Of a DNA stretch of 64,000 nt, positions 9,431 through 19,140 are shown piece after piece. This stretch comes from a virus (taxonomy: Duplodnaviria > Caudoviricetes): positions 128,001-192,000 of the IMG/VR virus record IMGVR_UViG_3300037507_003370. One strand, 5' to 3'. Positions within the stretch are counted from its first letter, which is position 1. The number at the start of each line of letters is the position of its first letter. The notes beneath the pieces were generated by a model. The model searched no databases. It was given only the letters and a program-made list of their open reading frames with translations, and was not told the DNA's origin. Position numbers and translations under genes: made by a program.

Positions 9431-11638
9431 TTATACCTCTATCATTATTCCATTGTTATCTCTGACGATCACACCAAATAATCTTTCAATAGCATGAACA
9501 AATGTTCCGTCATCTGCTATTGGCTCTTCTTCATAAGGAAAAGAATCAATGATTTTAGTATCAAATATTTTATTTATTATCTTAGGATCGTACCAAAACA
9601 TTGTACCGGCACCAAAATAATAATTCGTTAAGTCTATATCTTTCGAATATAGTGACTTAATACAAGATTCATTTGAGCCTATCTTTTCTTGTAAATTGTA
9701 TTTTAAATATTTTGGGATGATCATAGAGTTACCATCTCTAATAAGTTTAATATTATTTTCAATAGTTTTCCTGTCTTTTATCAATGAATATATGCTTTTA
9801 TTTCTTACATAATTTCCATATTCTTTATCATAATTTGTTTTTTTTGTATGTAACTTGCATACAGCGTCGTATTTTTTAAAATCAAACTGCTTATTTAATA
9901 AAATCCATGGTAATATATCTCTGCCAATATTATCTACATGTAAAAAGTATGCATGTAAATTACATCGTAAAATTGAAGAATAAATATAATCTGGAATATT
10001 TCTTGGTAATGTAATATATAAATCAAATTTTTCTTTTGTATGATGTATTTTATTCAAAAGTTCTGGAATTAAATCTTCATAGAAACCATGTATTATATAT
10101 GCTATTTTTGGAGACGGATCTTTGTGTGGCGTTGCATTATAAATTATATCTGATTCTTTAATTACATTCATTGATCTGATAATGGATACAGCAGTATTGC
10201 AATTTGCTTTTTGAAAACCATATTTTAAATCTGGTTCTAGATATGCCCCCTCGCCCCATTCATTCCAAGCGTTAATAAAAAGGAGTTTATGTTCGGTATA
10301 TTTTGATTGTTTGTATGCTTTAAATAGCCAATCGCTGTATGCTTCTGGAGTGTCGTTAATAAATACTGATGCCATTGTTTTACGTCTTGGCGAATTATCC
10401 CAAGATGGCATAACGCATGGATATAATTTTGGTTTAATGTATTTAGTATATTTTTTTTGGGTTTCTATATAATCATATAGATCTACATTTTCTATAAAAT
10501 CATTTAAATACGTATCTTTATTTTTGGCAATATCTTTGGATACATTTGGTATAGATTCTCCGGTCGGGCAAAAATTTATCTGACCATCAAATTCTGGTAA
10601 ATTTGCATTTCCATTTACATACATTAAGCAAATACCATCAAATTTATTAGTAATTGCTATATTATTCCATACATTTATTCTATCAGATAGATTTGGAATA
10701 TCATTTGGTTTATATATTATTAAAAGTGGCCTATTATTTATTTTAATATATCTATGATCATGCATATATTTGAGCATATCAAATAAAAAGCTATCATATG
10801 ATTCTTCGTATTCTTGTTTAATTAGTAAATCTTTGTCTAATCCATCCCAGGTTTTAGTCCAGTTTTCATTAGCCCAGCATAAACAAAATTTAAAATTTAT
10901 ATTTTTGTTATTCACAAAATTTTCTATTGGTTCTTCCATTAGTGTCTTATTGCCAAATCTATAGTAATAAAAACAAAAAGCATCTATTCCAATACTTTTT
11001 GCTAGTTCGGCTTGTTTGATTATGATTTCTGGATTATTTTTTAGATCATAAAACCCAAAATCTCTTGGCAATTTTGGTTGATAATGCCCATCAAATAAAG
11101 GATATGCTTTTGTTGTGTTAGTCCATTCGGTAAATCCCTGACCCCAAAATTCATTGTTCTCTTTTATTTCGTGAAACTGAGGAAGATAGAACGCAATAGT
11201 TGTAACATCTGTTAACTTTTGATAATCAATATTTTTTGATATATTATTTTCAGCAAAATTATTAGATACATTTTTTACGTGATTTTTTATATAAGAACCA
11301 GTATCTTTATATAAATAATGAATTCTATTTTCTTTGTGTCCAGTTCTTATAAAATGATTTGTTGCTGATTTTTTATCATTGATATTCTCTATCAATAAGT
11401 CTATATTATATTTTAAATAAGTTTTCCAATCAAATTTATATTTATGAAATATAGAAAAAATATCTTTGATTTTAATATCTATGAGAAAAGATGGGTCGTG
11501 ATTTAATATTTCTATATAATACTCATAAGCAGATAAATAATCTTCTATAGATATAGAATGATTAAATTTTTTTATATAGTCTTGATACTGAGAGTGATCC
11601 ATGTAATCATTTTGACGATAATTTATTATATAGCACAA
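9431..11638 (-). CDS. Multidomain glycosyltransferase: FDW..Y module + WbsX (GH99-like) + rhamnan-synthesis F-like domain
   Basis: IAFYLPQFHEIKENNEFWGQGFTEWTN, GFYDL, CWANENWT, NAWNEWGEGAYLEPD; C-terminal DNIGRDILP, KLHTKK, AGTMFW, HAIERLFG. Start may be 11602. Confidence 0.85.
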   Translation of the reverse strand: MCYIINYRQNDYMDHSQYQDYIKKFNHSISIEDYLSAYEYYIEILNHDPSFLIDIKIKDIFSIFHKYKFDWKTYLKYNIDLLIENINDKKSATNHFIRTGHKENRIHYLYKDTGSYIKNHVKNVSNNFAENNISKNIDYQKLTDVTTIAFYLPQFHEIKENNEFWGQGFTEWTNTTKAYPLFDGHYQPKLPRDFGFYDLKNNPEIIIKQAELAKSIGIDAFCFYYYRFGNKTLMEEPIENFVNNKNINFKFCLCWANENWTKTWDGLDKDLLIKQEYEESYDSFLFDMLKYMHDHRYIKINNRPLLIIYKPNDIPNLSDRINVWNNIAITNKFDGICLMYVNGNANLPEFDGQINFCPTGESIPNVSKDIAKNKDTYLNDFIENVDLYDYIETQKKYTKYIKPKLYPCVMPSWDNSPRRKTMASVFINDTPEAYSDWLFKAYKQSKYTEHKLLFINAWNEWGEGAYLEPDLKYGFQKANCNTAVSIIRSMNVIKESDIIYNATPHKDPSPKIAYIIHGFYEDLIPELLNKIHHTKEKFDLYITLPRNIPDYIYSSILRCNLHAYFLHVDNIGRDILPWILLNKQFDFKKYDAVCKLHTKKTNYDKEYGNYVRNKSIYSLIKDRKTIENNIKLIRDGNSMIIPKYLKYNLQEKIGSNESCIKSLYSKDIDLTNYYFGAGTMFWYDPKIINKIFDTKIIDSFPYEEEPIADDGTFVHAIERLFGVIVRDNNGIMIEV

Positions 11639-11855
11639 TAGCTATACATGCTCCTAAAACACCCATAAACAATCCAGAAGGCTGCAAATCAGTTGATTTA
11701 CCAAGAACATAAACAACAGCCCCTCCCATATATGAACCGGCTATGCCAAGAGCAACGGTCTTTAAGAAGCCAAAATTTTCTTCTCCAGGAATTATAGTTT
11801 TTGCAATAGATCCCACGAATATTCCATATACAGCCCATATTAATAAACTAAACAT
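11607..11855 (-). CDS. GlsB/YeaQ/YmgE (transglycosylase-associated) small membrane protein
   Basis: Three Gly-rich hydrophobic helices: GIFVGSIAKTIIPG, LGIAGSYMGG, GVLGACIAIVLY. Confidence 0.8.
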   Translation of the reverse strand: MFSLLIWAVYGIFVGSIAKTIIPGEENFGFLKTVALGIAGSYMGGAVVYVLGKSTDLQPSGLFMGVLGACIAIVLYNKLSSK

Positions 11856-12246
11856 TTGCAGCCTCCATTAAGGTTGTAACTTCATCATCCGTGACAGATT
11901 CTCCTATATCTAGTATGGTCTCTGTAAGCTTAATGCCATATTTATTATAATCTTCTGACGATAATTCTTTACGAATTATTCTTTTAATTCTTAGTCTTGT
12001 AAACCAGCCCCTCTTGAAAGAAAGATCTTTAATTGTTTCAACATAGGTATTAGTTTTATCCTGAGAGGTCATGTTTTTTGTTTTATTTTTATTACATTCT
12101 TGTAGAACTCTGGTGACTGTCAATATGATACTAATTATCATGAGTATCGCTATAATACTACCAAATTTTTGATTAGGATCTATATTAACTTGGTTTAAAA
12201 TTTTTTCAGCTATTTTATTTAGTTTTTCATTATTCTGTTGTGACAT
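11848..12246 (-). CDS. Hypothetical membrane protein
   Basis: One TM segment (FGSIIAILMIISIILTV). Confidence 0.6.
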   Translation of the reverse strand: MSQQNNEKLNKIAEKILNQVNIDPNQKFGSIIAILMIISIILTVTRVLQECNKNKTKNMTSQDKTNTYVETIKDLSFKRGWFTRLRIKRIIRKELSSEDYNKYGIKLTETILDIGESVTDDEVTTLMEAANV

Positions 12247-12252
12247 TATTTA

Positions 12253-12594
12253 TTATCTCCTTAAAATTGACTTTGGTTCACACGAACCATCAACGCAATT
12301 ATTTAAAGTTTTATTGTTACTTGTTGATTGCGCTCCGTCGCTTTTTTTATCTGGAATACAATATCCACAATCTACTTTTTTAATTCCATCTCCGCTGATA
12401 TACCATCCTTGACCTTTACAAACAGGACATTCTTTACGAGGGTATTTCTTACTACTATCAGAATTTTTTACTTTTATAACACTAGCAGCTAATGTAACAG
12501 CGGCTGTTGATCTTGTGCGAGAAAATGGCACGGTGTCATTGGCTGTATTTAATAAAAATAAAGAAGATACCATTAATAATATAATTGTTTTCAT
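12253..12594 (-). CDS. Putative exported Cys-rich protein
   Basis: Signal-like N-terminus; CPVCKGQG...CGYC DnaJ-type Zn motif. Confidence 0.6.
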   Translation of the reverse strand: MKTIILLMVSSLFLLNTANDTVPFSRTRSTAAVTLAASVIKVKNSDSSKKYPRKECPVCKGQGWYISGDGIKKVDCGYCIPDKKSDGAQSTSNNKTLNNCVDGSCEPKSILRR

Positions 12595-12596
12595 AT

Positions 12597-12836
12597 TTAT
12601 ACATTGTGCTCTAGGGAACGGTTTTCACTGTTTATTAGAAGATTATTTTCTTTGTCAAAAATAGATACCTGACTTACTTGCTCAATTGTTTCTAGTAATT
12701 CAATTATTTGTTTTGGATATGGTTGTTGATCTAATTCTGCTGTCATGGATTCTATTAGTGATGGTTGTAAATTATCTCCGTAAATTTTGATATTATAATT
12801 TGTAAGAGATATCTCTGATACTAATGTATGACTCAT
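12597..12836 (-). CDS. Hypothetical protein (79 aa)
   Basis: Coupled ORF. Confidence 0.5.
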   Translation of the reverse strand: MSHTLVSEISLTNYNIKIYGDNLQPSLIESMTAELDQQPYPKQIIELLETIEQVSQVSIFDKENNLLINSENRSLEHNV

Positions 12837-12838
12837 TA

Positions 12839-13015
12839 TTATTTACCTATAATTTTATCTTTTAGTTTATTGATATAAGGAAATCTTAATTTTGGAGGCT
12901 TGGGTACTGTGTCATCAGTTCTCTTTTCTGTACCAAAAATTTTAGCTAAAGACAAAATAAAAGAAGTAATTATGCTTATTAATCTATTAAGTGCAATTCT
13001 ATCTAATATTCTCAT
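12839..13015 (-). CDS. Small hypothetical protein (58 aa; not in ORF track)
   Basis: Manual translation MRILDRIALNRLISIITSFILSLAKIFG...KIIGK*; fills the gap exactly and overlaps the upstream stop. Confidence 0.65.
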   Translation of the reverse strand: MRILDRIALNRLISIITSFILSLAKIFGTEKRTDDTVPKPPKLRFPYINKLKDKIIGK

Positions 13016-13938
13016 AAATAAACTCCGAAACCATAATCAGGCAATTTTTGAACAGGGAATCCATCAAAATTACTAAATGCATAACTGCCATTTTGTGCTA
13101 GCATACCAGCTGCTACGTCTGACGTAATAAGAAAACTTCCATCAGGTATTTTACCCCAATTAGGATGTCCACCATCATTCCATTTGCCCCAACTGTTTTG
13201 TACTAAAAATAATGGCTCACTTCCAGTATCATCGCATGCTATCCAAGCCATACAATGGGCCCAGTTGCCACTAACACTGGCTATTCCTTTCTTGTCTCTT
13301 TTATTACTAAAACCATAATTAGAACATACTGCTATTCCATATCCATTAGCCAAGGCATCTCTGGCCTCTTCTATGCTTTTAATTAAACTTACAGTTTTTA
13401 TTTGATGATTATTTGCTTCATCAATAACTTTGTCTGGCAATCCTCTTGCTCCCCAACCAGCACCAAGATTACCATTATATTTACTAAAATCTGCAACACC
13501 TTTGTAGTTTTGGCGTAACACTATCCCGCCATTTTTACTAACAAATTCAGCGGCTCTGGCGCAACTCATTCCTTGTCCACCATGTCCACGAGCACCATAA
13601 ATAGCCTCTGTTGCTCCACGAGCTATCCAAGATTCTTTTTCTCTATGTACATCTATTTCTACTGCTCTACTAATATCACAAGCATTTCTTGTTCCATGGG
13701 AAACACAATCTCCAGTAGTTTGTCTTTCATTATATGGATTTTTATCAAATTTTAAAACACTTTTATACGGTGCTGATAATTTCCCTTTACCACTATTTTT
13801 AATCTTAAAGCTAGCGTCACCAAATAATGGATATTTACTAACCTCCATTAGATGATCGAATATATGAGGCTCCCATAAACAACCACTAAATCCTTTTCTG
13901 TAGTTATTATAAAGATCTTGTGGTGTAAATCTAGACAT
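13012..13938 (-). CDS. Papain-like (C1) cysteine peptidase
   Basis: QTTGDCVS (Gln and catalytic Cys), WAHCM (His), VQNSWG (Asn). Confidence 0.85.
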   Translation of the reverse strand: MSRFTPQDLYNNYRKGFSGCLWEPHIFDHLMEVSKYPLFGDASFKIKNSGKGKLSAPYKSVLKFDKNPYNERQTTGDCVSHGTRNACDISRAVEIDVHREKESWIARGATEAIYGARGHGGQGMSCARAAEFVSKNGGIVLRQNYKGVADFSKYNGNLGAGWGARGLPDKVIDEANNHQIKTVSLIKSIEEARDALANGYGIAVCSNYGFSNKRDKKGIASVSGNWAHCMAWIACDDTGSEPLFLVQNSWGKWNDGGHPNWGKIPDGSFLITSDVAAGMLAQNGSYAFSNFDGFPVQKLPDYGFGVYL

Positions 13939-14432
13939 TATTTTGCTCCTTCATTACATGCCCATGCAAGAGCATTGAAACCTTCAACTGCTTTTTTTCT
14001 AAGTTCTTTATCCAAAGACACATTATCTTCTCCAATTGTGCTTGTAATTACACTATTACAATTTTCAGCTAATTGTGGATATACTCCATCTATATCAAGC
14101 CCTAACATAATTCCACTCAGACTATTCGCTTGACGAATTTCTTCTGTGGTCTTAATTATTTCTTTGTCTTCTTCTAATGCTATTAGTTTTGCCAAATCAG
14201 AATAAAGAGAAGCAAGATTTTTGCCATCATTAGTTCTTGAAGAAGGACCAGCTTTCAATGACTTTATTACTAATTCACACTCATCTAATAAATACTCAGA
14301 AGGTTTTTCTAAATTAATAATTACAGAATTTGATTGCTTATTATCATTTAATAAATTACTAATATCTGGTTTGAGTAAACCAATTAAAATCAATAATCCT
14401 GCAATAATTAATAAAATATTTTTGGTATTCAT
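13938..14432 (-). CDS. Membrane-anchored/exported hypothetical protein
   Basis: N-terminal hydrophobic signal/anchor. Confidence 0.6.
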   Translation of the reverse strand: MNTKNILLIIAGLLILIGLLKPDISNLLNDNKQSNSVIINLEKPSEYLLDECELVIKSLKAGPSSRTNDGKNLASLYSDLAKLIALEEDKEIIKTTEEIRQANSLSGIMLGLDIDGVYPQLAENCNSVITSTIGEDNVSLDKELRKKAVEGFNALAWACNEGAK

Positions 14433-14806
14433 ACTATTTCCTTTTCTTTATTGCAAACATTTGGAGACAAATATGGGAACATTTGATCAGCTACCTTTAT
14501 TGCTTCCGCACAACCGCTTTTTACAGCAAGGTCTCTAGTTTGCTTCCATGAAACAACTAATTTAAAAAATGTATCTTCGTTATCTTTGATTGTTGTTTTA
14601 ATTACTTCTGGAGTAACAAATAAAATAGGATCTGTTTTTACATTTTTATTTTTTAGTTTGTTAACTAAATCTAATATAGTTGTTTGTATAGGACTGAGTT
14701 TATCCTTGAATAAAACCCATAGAACTATACCTATACCAGCATATAAAGCTAAATCCATAGTTGTGACTTTACTAGCAAATTCCTCGAAACTTTCTGTGTA
14801 ATTCAT
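14429..14806 (-). CDS. Hypothetical membrane protein
   Basis: N-terminal TM (LALYAGIGIVLWVLF). Confidence 0.6.
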   Translation of the reverse strand: MNYTESFEEFASKVTTMDLALYAGIGIVLWVLFKDKLSPIQTTILDLVNKLKNKNVKTDPILFVTPEVIKTTIKDNEDTFFKLVVSWKQTRDLAVKSGCAEAIKVADQMFPYLSPNVCNKEKEIV

Positions 14807-15246
14807 TTGCTTTTTCTCTTTCTTTTTGTTGTAGATTTTAGATTTTGAGATTCCATAACAACAGGCTTGGTCTGGAAAATGCCTATGTCTCTGAATGTTG
14901 CGACCATTGCGTCTATAGTTGATCCCACAAGAATCATCAAAAATGATTTGATGTATTTATGCATAGCAGGCTCTAACAGATTAGGAACAAATGGAACATC
15001 AACAACCAAGAATACTTTATCATAAAAATTAGAAATGCTATCCATAGCAATTATTTTTTTATCTGATCCTTTTAAAGTAGATCCTGTTTGTTCTATAGTT
15101 TGAATAACAATAGCTACTGCTAATTGTAAAACTTTCCATGCTTGACTTACGGCAACTCTTTTTACTTCCTTAAAGGATTCTTTGGTCTCATTAGTTAATT
15201 GATTTAAGGCTAATTGAACCATATCAATCGGGGTGGCATTAGACAT
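14803..15246 (-). CDS. Hypothetical protein (147 aa)
   Basis: Amphipathic helices, basic tail. Confidence 0.6.
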   Translation of the reverse strand: MSNATPIDMVQLALNQLTNETKESFKEVKRVAVSQAWKVLQLAVAIVIQTIEQTGSTLKGSDKKIIAMDSISNFYDKVFLVVDVPFVPNLLEPAMHKYIKSFLMILVGSTIDAMVATFRDIGIFQTKPVVMESQNLKSTTKRKRKSK

Positions 15247-15284
15247 ATATACCTCTTATTTTTATATGATGTTTCCTATAATAG

Positions 15285-15292
15285 AATACACC
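15285..15292 (-). promoter_or_regulatory. RGTGTAT-type motif
   Basis: GGTGTATTCTATTATAGG about 40 nt upstream of ATG 15246. Confidence 0.5.
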
Positions 15293-15302
15293 GCAACTTG
15301 AC

Positions 15303-15665
15303 CTATTTTTTAGGTTTGCGCTTTTTGATAGTAGAAGATATCTTTTTTTTGGTAGGTCTTGGTATCGGCTTATCTGAAATATTAGATTCTTTTTTCCTAT
15401 TATTGATTGCTACTTTAGATCTTTCTTCTTCAGTAGCAGTACTCCACCAAGTTTGTTTAATTTCTTTTCTACTATTTACATATTTCCATAATATAGCTAA
15501 TTGACCACCAATTAAAATAACACTTTCTACACCATGACTAACATCTCTAATTAGATCTTCTTTTTGACCATTTTCTCCTATTAGTCCAACTAAATATAAT
15601 CCGCTAAAAAGAAAGCTTACTAATGTGAACCAAAATTCACTAGTCTTATAACCTGGTTTTATCAT
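15303..15665 (-). CDS. Holin-like membrane protein
   Basis: KPGYKTSEFW N-terminus, two hydrophobic segments, highly basic C-tail; holin call is inference. Confidence 0.5.
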   Translation of the reverse strand: MIKPGYKTSEFWFTLVSFLFSGLYLVGLIGENGQKEDLIRDVSHGVESVILIGGQLAILWKYVNSRKEIKQTWWSTATEEERSKVAINNRKKESNISDKPIPRPTKKKISSTIKKRKPKK

Positions 15666-15679
15666 AATTATAACCTATA

Positions 15680-15889
15680 TTATGAGCCTTGAGTAGCATT
15701 GCCATGGTAGTAACTAGGATCGTCAAATCTATTTGTATATTTAGCTTGTATGGACTCTATTGTGGGCGTATTTTTAGTATAAACATTTGATACGTCTTTA
15801 GCTGTTAGTCCTGTAACTTTTGTACTAACAATTAGGGTTCCATTTTTGATATCATTACTACTGTTTGCTTTTGTAATATCGTTAGGCAT
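15680..15889 (-). CDS. Hypothetical protein (69 aa)
   Basis: SD GGAGA upstream. Confidence 0.55.
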   Translation of the reverse strand: MPNDITKANSSNDIKNGTLIVSTKVTGLTAKDVSNVYTKNTPTIESIQAKYTNRFDDPSYYHGNATQGS

Positions 15890-15901
15890 AATTTATCTCC
15901 A

Positions 15902-16219
15902 TTAGTGTAAAATTCTATTTTCTAGAGCTTCTAAAGTTTTACTTAGAGTTGCTATTTGAATTTTTAATTCATTCATGACATCTGAATTGCGTTGAAGAGC
16001 AGCAGAGAACGTAGCCTGAGTTTCTTTATTAGTATTGAGTCTTTCCATAATAAATTGTTTGTCATTAATATAGGGAGATTGTGTTTCAATCATATGTAAT
16101 ACTTCTGATTTAGTTGCCATGTTCCTTCCTATAGTTACCCAAAAACCAAGCATTGTAACTATTACTCCAATGCATGTTGTGGCAATATTTTCCCAGAAAT
16201 GTATAATTGTATCGCTCAT
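15902..16219 (-). CDS. TM plus coiled-coil hypothetical protein
   Basis: Start reassigned to MSDTII (SD GGAGA); TM followed by heptad repeats. Confidence 0.6.
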   Translation of the reverse strand: MSDTIIHFWENIATTCIGVIVTMLGFWVTIGRNMATKSEVLHMIETQSPYINDKQFIMERLNTNKETQATFSAALQRNSDVMNELKIQIATLSKTLEALENRILH

Positions 16220-16309
16220 TTTTTTATCTCCGTAAATTAAATAAGCCAACGAAAATATCATTGGCTTATTTTTGTTTATGAACTTAAATAATAATTATAA
16301 TGGTAATTA

Positions 16310-16834
16310 TCAGCCTGTTTTAGCTTCATAGCTTTTTTGAACTGGTGTTTTACCAACAAGATAAGCCAATGTGCCAGGAGATGATCTGCTAACAGTAGCA
16401 GCTTCGTCTGTATAGAATGTATCAACAGCAACAGTTGGGGCTGAGCTAAAGGTACCAGAATAAATATTCCAATTACCAGCTCTTATCGCTGTTGTGAGTC
16501 TACGAGTTCTAATACTATTGATATAGTGAATACCAGTTGTTAAGCTTGGGACTGATGCTCCACTGAGTAATTTTGTGTTAGCTAATCCAGCCAACACTGT
16601 TGAACTACGTACTGCGATTGGCTCAAGATTATTGTATGCAAAAACACCAGAATTATTTGCTGGATCTGTGTTAGTTCCATTCACAACTGTTGAGCCAAAA
16701 GCACTGAATACAGTTCTGCCTAATGAAATACCATCTAATTGTGTTGATTTGGATCCAGCATTAACAGACGAACCACCATTATTTTTGGTTGATACTGCTG
16801 TTACTGCGGAGCCGCCTTGTTGAATTGTGGCCAT
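16310..16834 (-). CDS. Putative virion structural protein (small-residue rich)
   Basis: Rich in G/S/T/A/N, no Cys; structural role is inference. Confidence 0.5.
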   Translation of the reverse strand: MATIQQGGSAVTAVSTKNNGGSSVNAGSKSTQLDGISLGRTVFSAFGSTVVNGTNTDPANNSGVFAYNNLEPIAVRSSTVLAGLANTKLLSGASVPSLTTGIHYINSIRTRRLTTAIRAGNWNIYSGTFSSAPTVAVDTFYTDEAATVSRSSPGTLAYLVGKTPVQKSYEAKTG

Positions 16835-16884
16835 TTTTTATCTCCAGATGAAATGGGATACTAAAGTAATATTACTAATGTAGT

Positions 16885-16892
16885 AATACCCC
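16885..16892 (-). promoter_or_regulatory. RGTGTAT-type motif variant
   Basis: GGGGTATT plus AT-rich tract upstream of ATG 16834. Confidence 0.4.
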
Positions 16893-16906
16893 TAATATAG
16901 ATTATT

Positions 16907-17554
16907 TTACAAGATTTTTTGAATTAGGTCTAGTCCATTGATGGAAAATAACTTAATTCCGTGTAAATTGGCCTTTTCTATAGTTCTTATATGAGATTCA
17001 AGCCATATATTACCATTGCATATTATTTTTATGTCTGGAACTTTTTTATTGATTAATGCTGAGGCTAATATATTATCATTAATATCGTCTAAAGAATGAC
17101 CAGAGGATGGATATACAGTAGATATCCCATGATCAAGAAGGATTTGGCATACCTTGTACAATAATTCATATGTATATATGCGATACTCTAATATATATCT
17201 AAGTTCTACATTATTTTCTAAACATAAGCCTAAACATTCCTTGATATCTTCTTTAAATTTATCATATTTTCTATTACATAATGAGTGTGAAGGTAATAGT
17301 AATTCTATAATATTGGCTCCATTTTTAATGGATGAACTTATAGAAGATAGTCTGGACCTAAGATCTAGAGTTCCAAGAGGGTAGTCGATAGGACAAGATA
17401 ATTTTATTGAATCTGGTATATTTAATTTAGCTAATTTTAAATATGCTGGCAAAACAGATATGACATTAACGCGACTTTTTGCAGCTATTAATATGTTATT
17501 TTTTGTTTCTAATTCATTGCTTGATGTGTCATAGTAGCCATATTCTATATTCAT
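16907..17554 (-). CDS. DeoC (deoxyribose-phosphate aldolase)-like protein lacking catalytic lysines
   Basis: SVLPAYLKLAK, CPIDYPLG, SIKNGANIIEL, LRYILE, TVYPSSG follow DeoC motif order, but Lys positions are substituted. Confidence 0.7.
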   Translation of the reverse strand: MNIEYGYYDTSSNELETKNNILIAAKSRVNVISVLPAYLKLAKLNIPDSIKLSCPIDYPLGTLDLRSRLSSISSSIKNGANIIELLLPSHSLCNRKYDKFKEDIKECLGLCLENNVELRYILEYRIYTYELLYKVCQILLDHGISTVYPSSGHSLDDINDNILASALINKKVPDIKIICNGNIWLESHIRTIEKANLHGIKLFSINGLDLIQKIL

Positions 17555-17556
17555 AG

Positions 17557-18237
17557 TTATTTTTTCTTAACTAGATTTTTTAAACTATCTATATTAGGGT
17601 ATTCTTTTGTACATAATACACCATCCGCAAACCCATAATCAACAGCTTCTTTTGCGGATAATATCCAATCACATCTGTTTGCTAATTGAGATTGAATATG
17701 TTTTTTCGCCATCATTTTTTTCCAATTTTTATCTTTTGCCATATCGCTATTCATGCACCTTTCAACATATATATCAATCATCTTATCACATTCTTTTTCA
17801 TTCCATTGAACACTTTCTGCCGCCGCTTTACTATGTTCGCTATCTAGGCTTATAGATCCATAATGTATCAATACATTCACATTTGGCATTAGTACTCTTA
17901 AGTCTGGCGCTTGTAAAATAATACTACTAGCAGACTGAGCTTTTGCGTAAGCTAAGATTATAGTTTTAGATTTTGATTCTTTGATCGTATCGTAAATACC
18001 TAAACAATCCTCCCAGTCTCCTCCTGGGATATGCATATGAATTAGAATAGGTTCATTTGAAAGTTGATTTAAGTATCTCATATTTTTTTCAAATACTATA
18101 GCAGACTTAAAATTAACCTCTTCGTTATCACTTTCATTTAGATCAGAATGGAGATATAATTCTCTATTTTTTAGATCTAGTCCATATGTATGAATACAGT
18201 ATAGGTCATGCTCTATAGAATTATTGGCTCGTGGCAT
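17557..18237 (-). CDS. clpP: ClpP-like protease
   Basis: IHMHIPGGD, AQSASS (Ser), MPN...LIH (His), DWILSAKEAVDYGFAD. Confidence 0.85.
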   Translation of the reverse strand: MPRANNSIEHDLYCIHTYGLDLKNRELYLHSDLNESDNEEVNFKSAIVFEKNMRYLNQLSNEPILIHMHIPGGDWEDCLGIYDTIKESKSKTIILAYAKAQSASSIILQAPDLRVLMPNVNVLIHYGSISLDSEHSKAAAESVQWNEKECDKMIDIYVERCMNSDMAKDKNWKKMMAKKHIQSQLANRCDWILSAKEAVDYGFADGVLCTKEYPNIDSLKNLVKKK

Positions 18238-18239
18238 TG

Positions 18240-18689
18240 CTATTCCTCTAGATGAGAATAAATGGAGGAAGAGACTTTGTTCATAACCTCTCCACTATTG
18301 AATATTTTACCAATAGCGATTCTAAATCTATATCTAGTGAATATATCTAAGGTTTCTACTCCATCTACAGATTCTATAATATTAGCGATATTAGGAGTAA
18401 TAGAAAAATTTGTATGTCCTGTCCAGAAATTAAAAATTTTACTAGATGCTGTATATTCGTTAATAGGAACTATACCCATTGGAGTAGATATAACTTTGAT
18501 CTGAGTATTTTTTTGTTGATTAATTTCTTTTTTTATCATATTATCAAATATTTCGCCAGGAATAATGTCTTCGTCTTCGTAATTACTTTCTTCGCCTTCA
18601 TCATCTATTTGGTCAAAAGTATCTTCTTCTTCACCAAAAAATGGATCGACCCATTTTTCCCACACTATTATTTTTTTTGAAATAGACAT
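18240..18689 (-). CDS. Hypothetical protein (acidic N-terminus)
   Basis: SD GGAG; preceded by an RGTGTAT-type motif. Confidence 0.65.
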   Translation of the reverse strand: MSISKKIIVWEKWVDPFFGEEEDTFDQIDDEGEESNYEDEDIIPGEIFDNMIKKEINQQKNTQIKVISTPMGIVPINEYTASSKIFNFWTGHTNFSITPNIANIIESVDGVETLDIFTRYRFRIAIGKIFNSGEVMNKVSSSIYSHLEE

Positions 18690-18715
18690 TGCAGCTCTCC
18701 GTTCTATATTATTAT

Positions 18716-18723
18716 AATACCCC
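18716..18723 (-). promoter_or_regulatory. RGTGTAT-type motif variant
   Basis: GGGGTATTATAATAATATAG upstream of ATG 18689. Confidence 0.45.
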
Positions 18724-18726
18724 GAG

Positions 18727-19140
18727 CTACTTCTGTCTTGCGATAGAAAATACCTGAGACGGTTTAATAATAGGCTGATTTTGATTGTTGGTAATATTAT
18801 TCCTCTTTTCTTGCTCTATAAGAACCAAATTAAATATTAGATTTTCATAAAAAAGAGTATCTTCTGGACTAGAAGAATTAGATTTTATTATAGACAAAAT
18901 TTCTTCTCTCATTTTTGAATTAATGGTCATATATAAAAACTTAGCGAAAGTTTGCGATAATGATTCTATATTTGCAAAATCGCTAAATTCTGGAAAAAGA
19001 CAAGAAACATTTATTTTAGACTCTTCATCAATCTCAAATCTAATTGAACCTAAAATTTTTTGAGGCTCTTTATTTTTTACAAAAAAGAATGATGAAATTT
19101 TCTTAAAATAGATTTGTACATAGCTAATATATTTTTTCAT
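18727..19140 (-). CDS. Hypothetical protein (137 aa)
   Basis: Coupled ORF. Confidence 0.55.
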   Translation of the reverse strand: MKKYISYVQIYFKKISSFFFVKNKEPQKILGSIRFEIDEESKINVSCLFPEFSDFANIESLSQTFAKFLYMTINSKMREEILSIIKSNSSSPEDTLFYENLIFNLVLIEQEKRNNITNNQNQPIIKPSQVFSIARQK

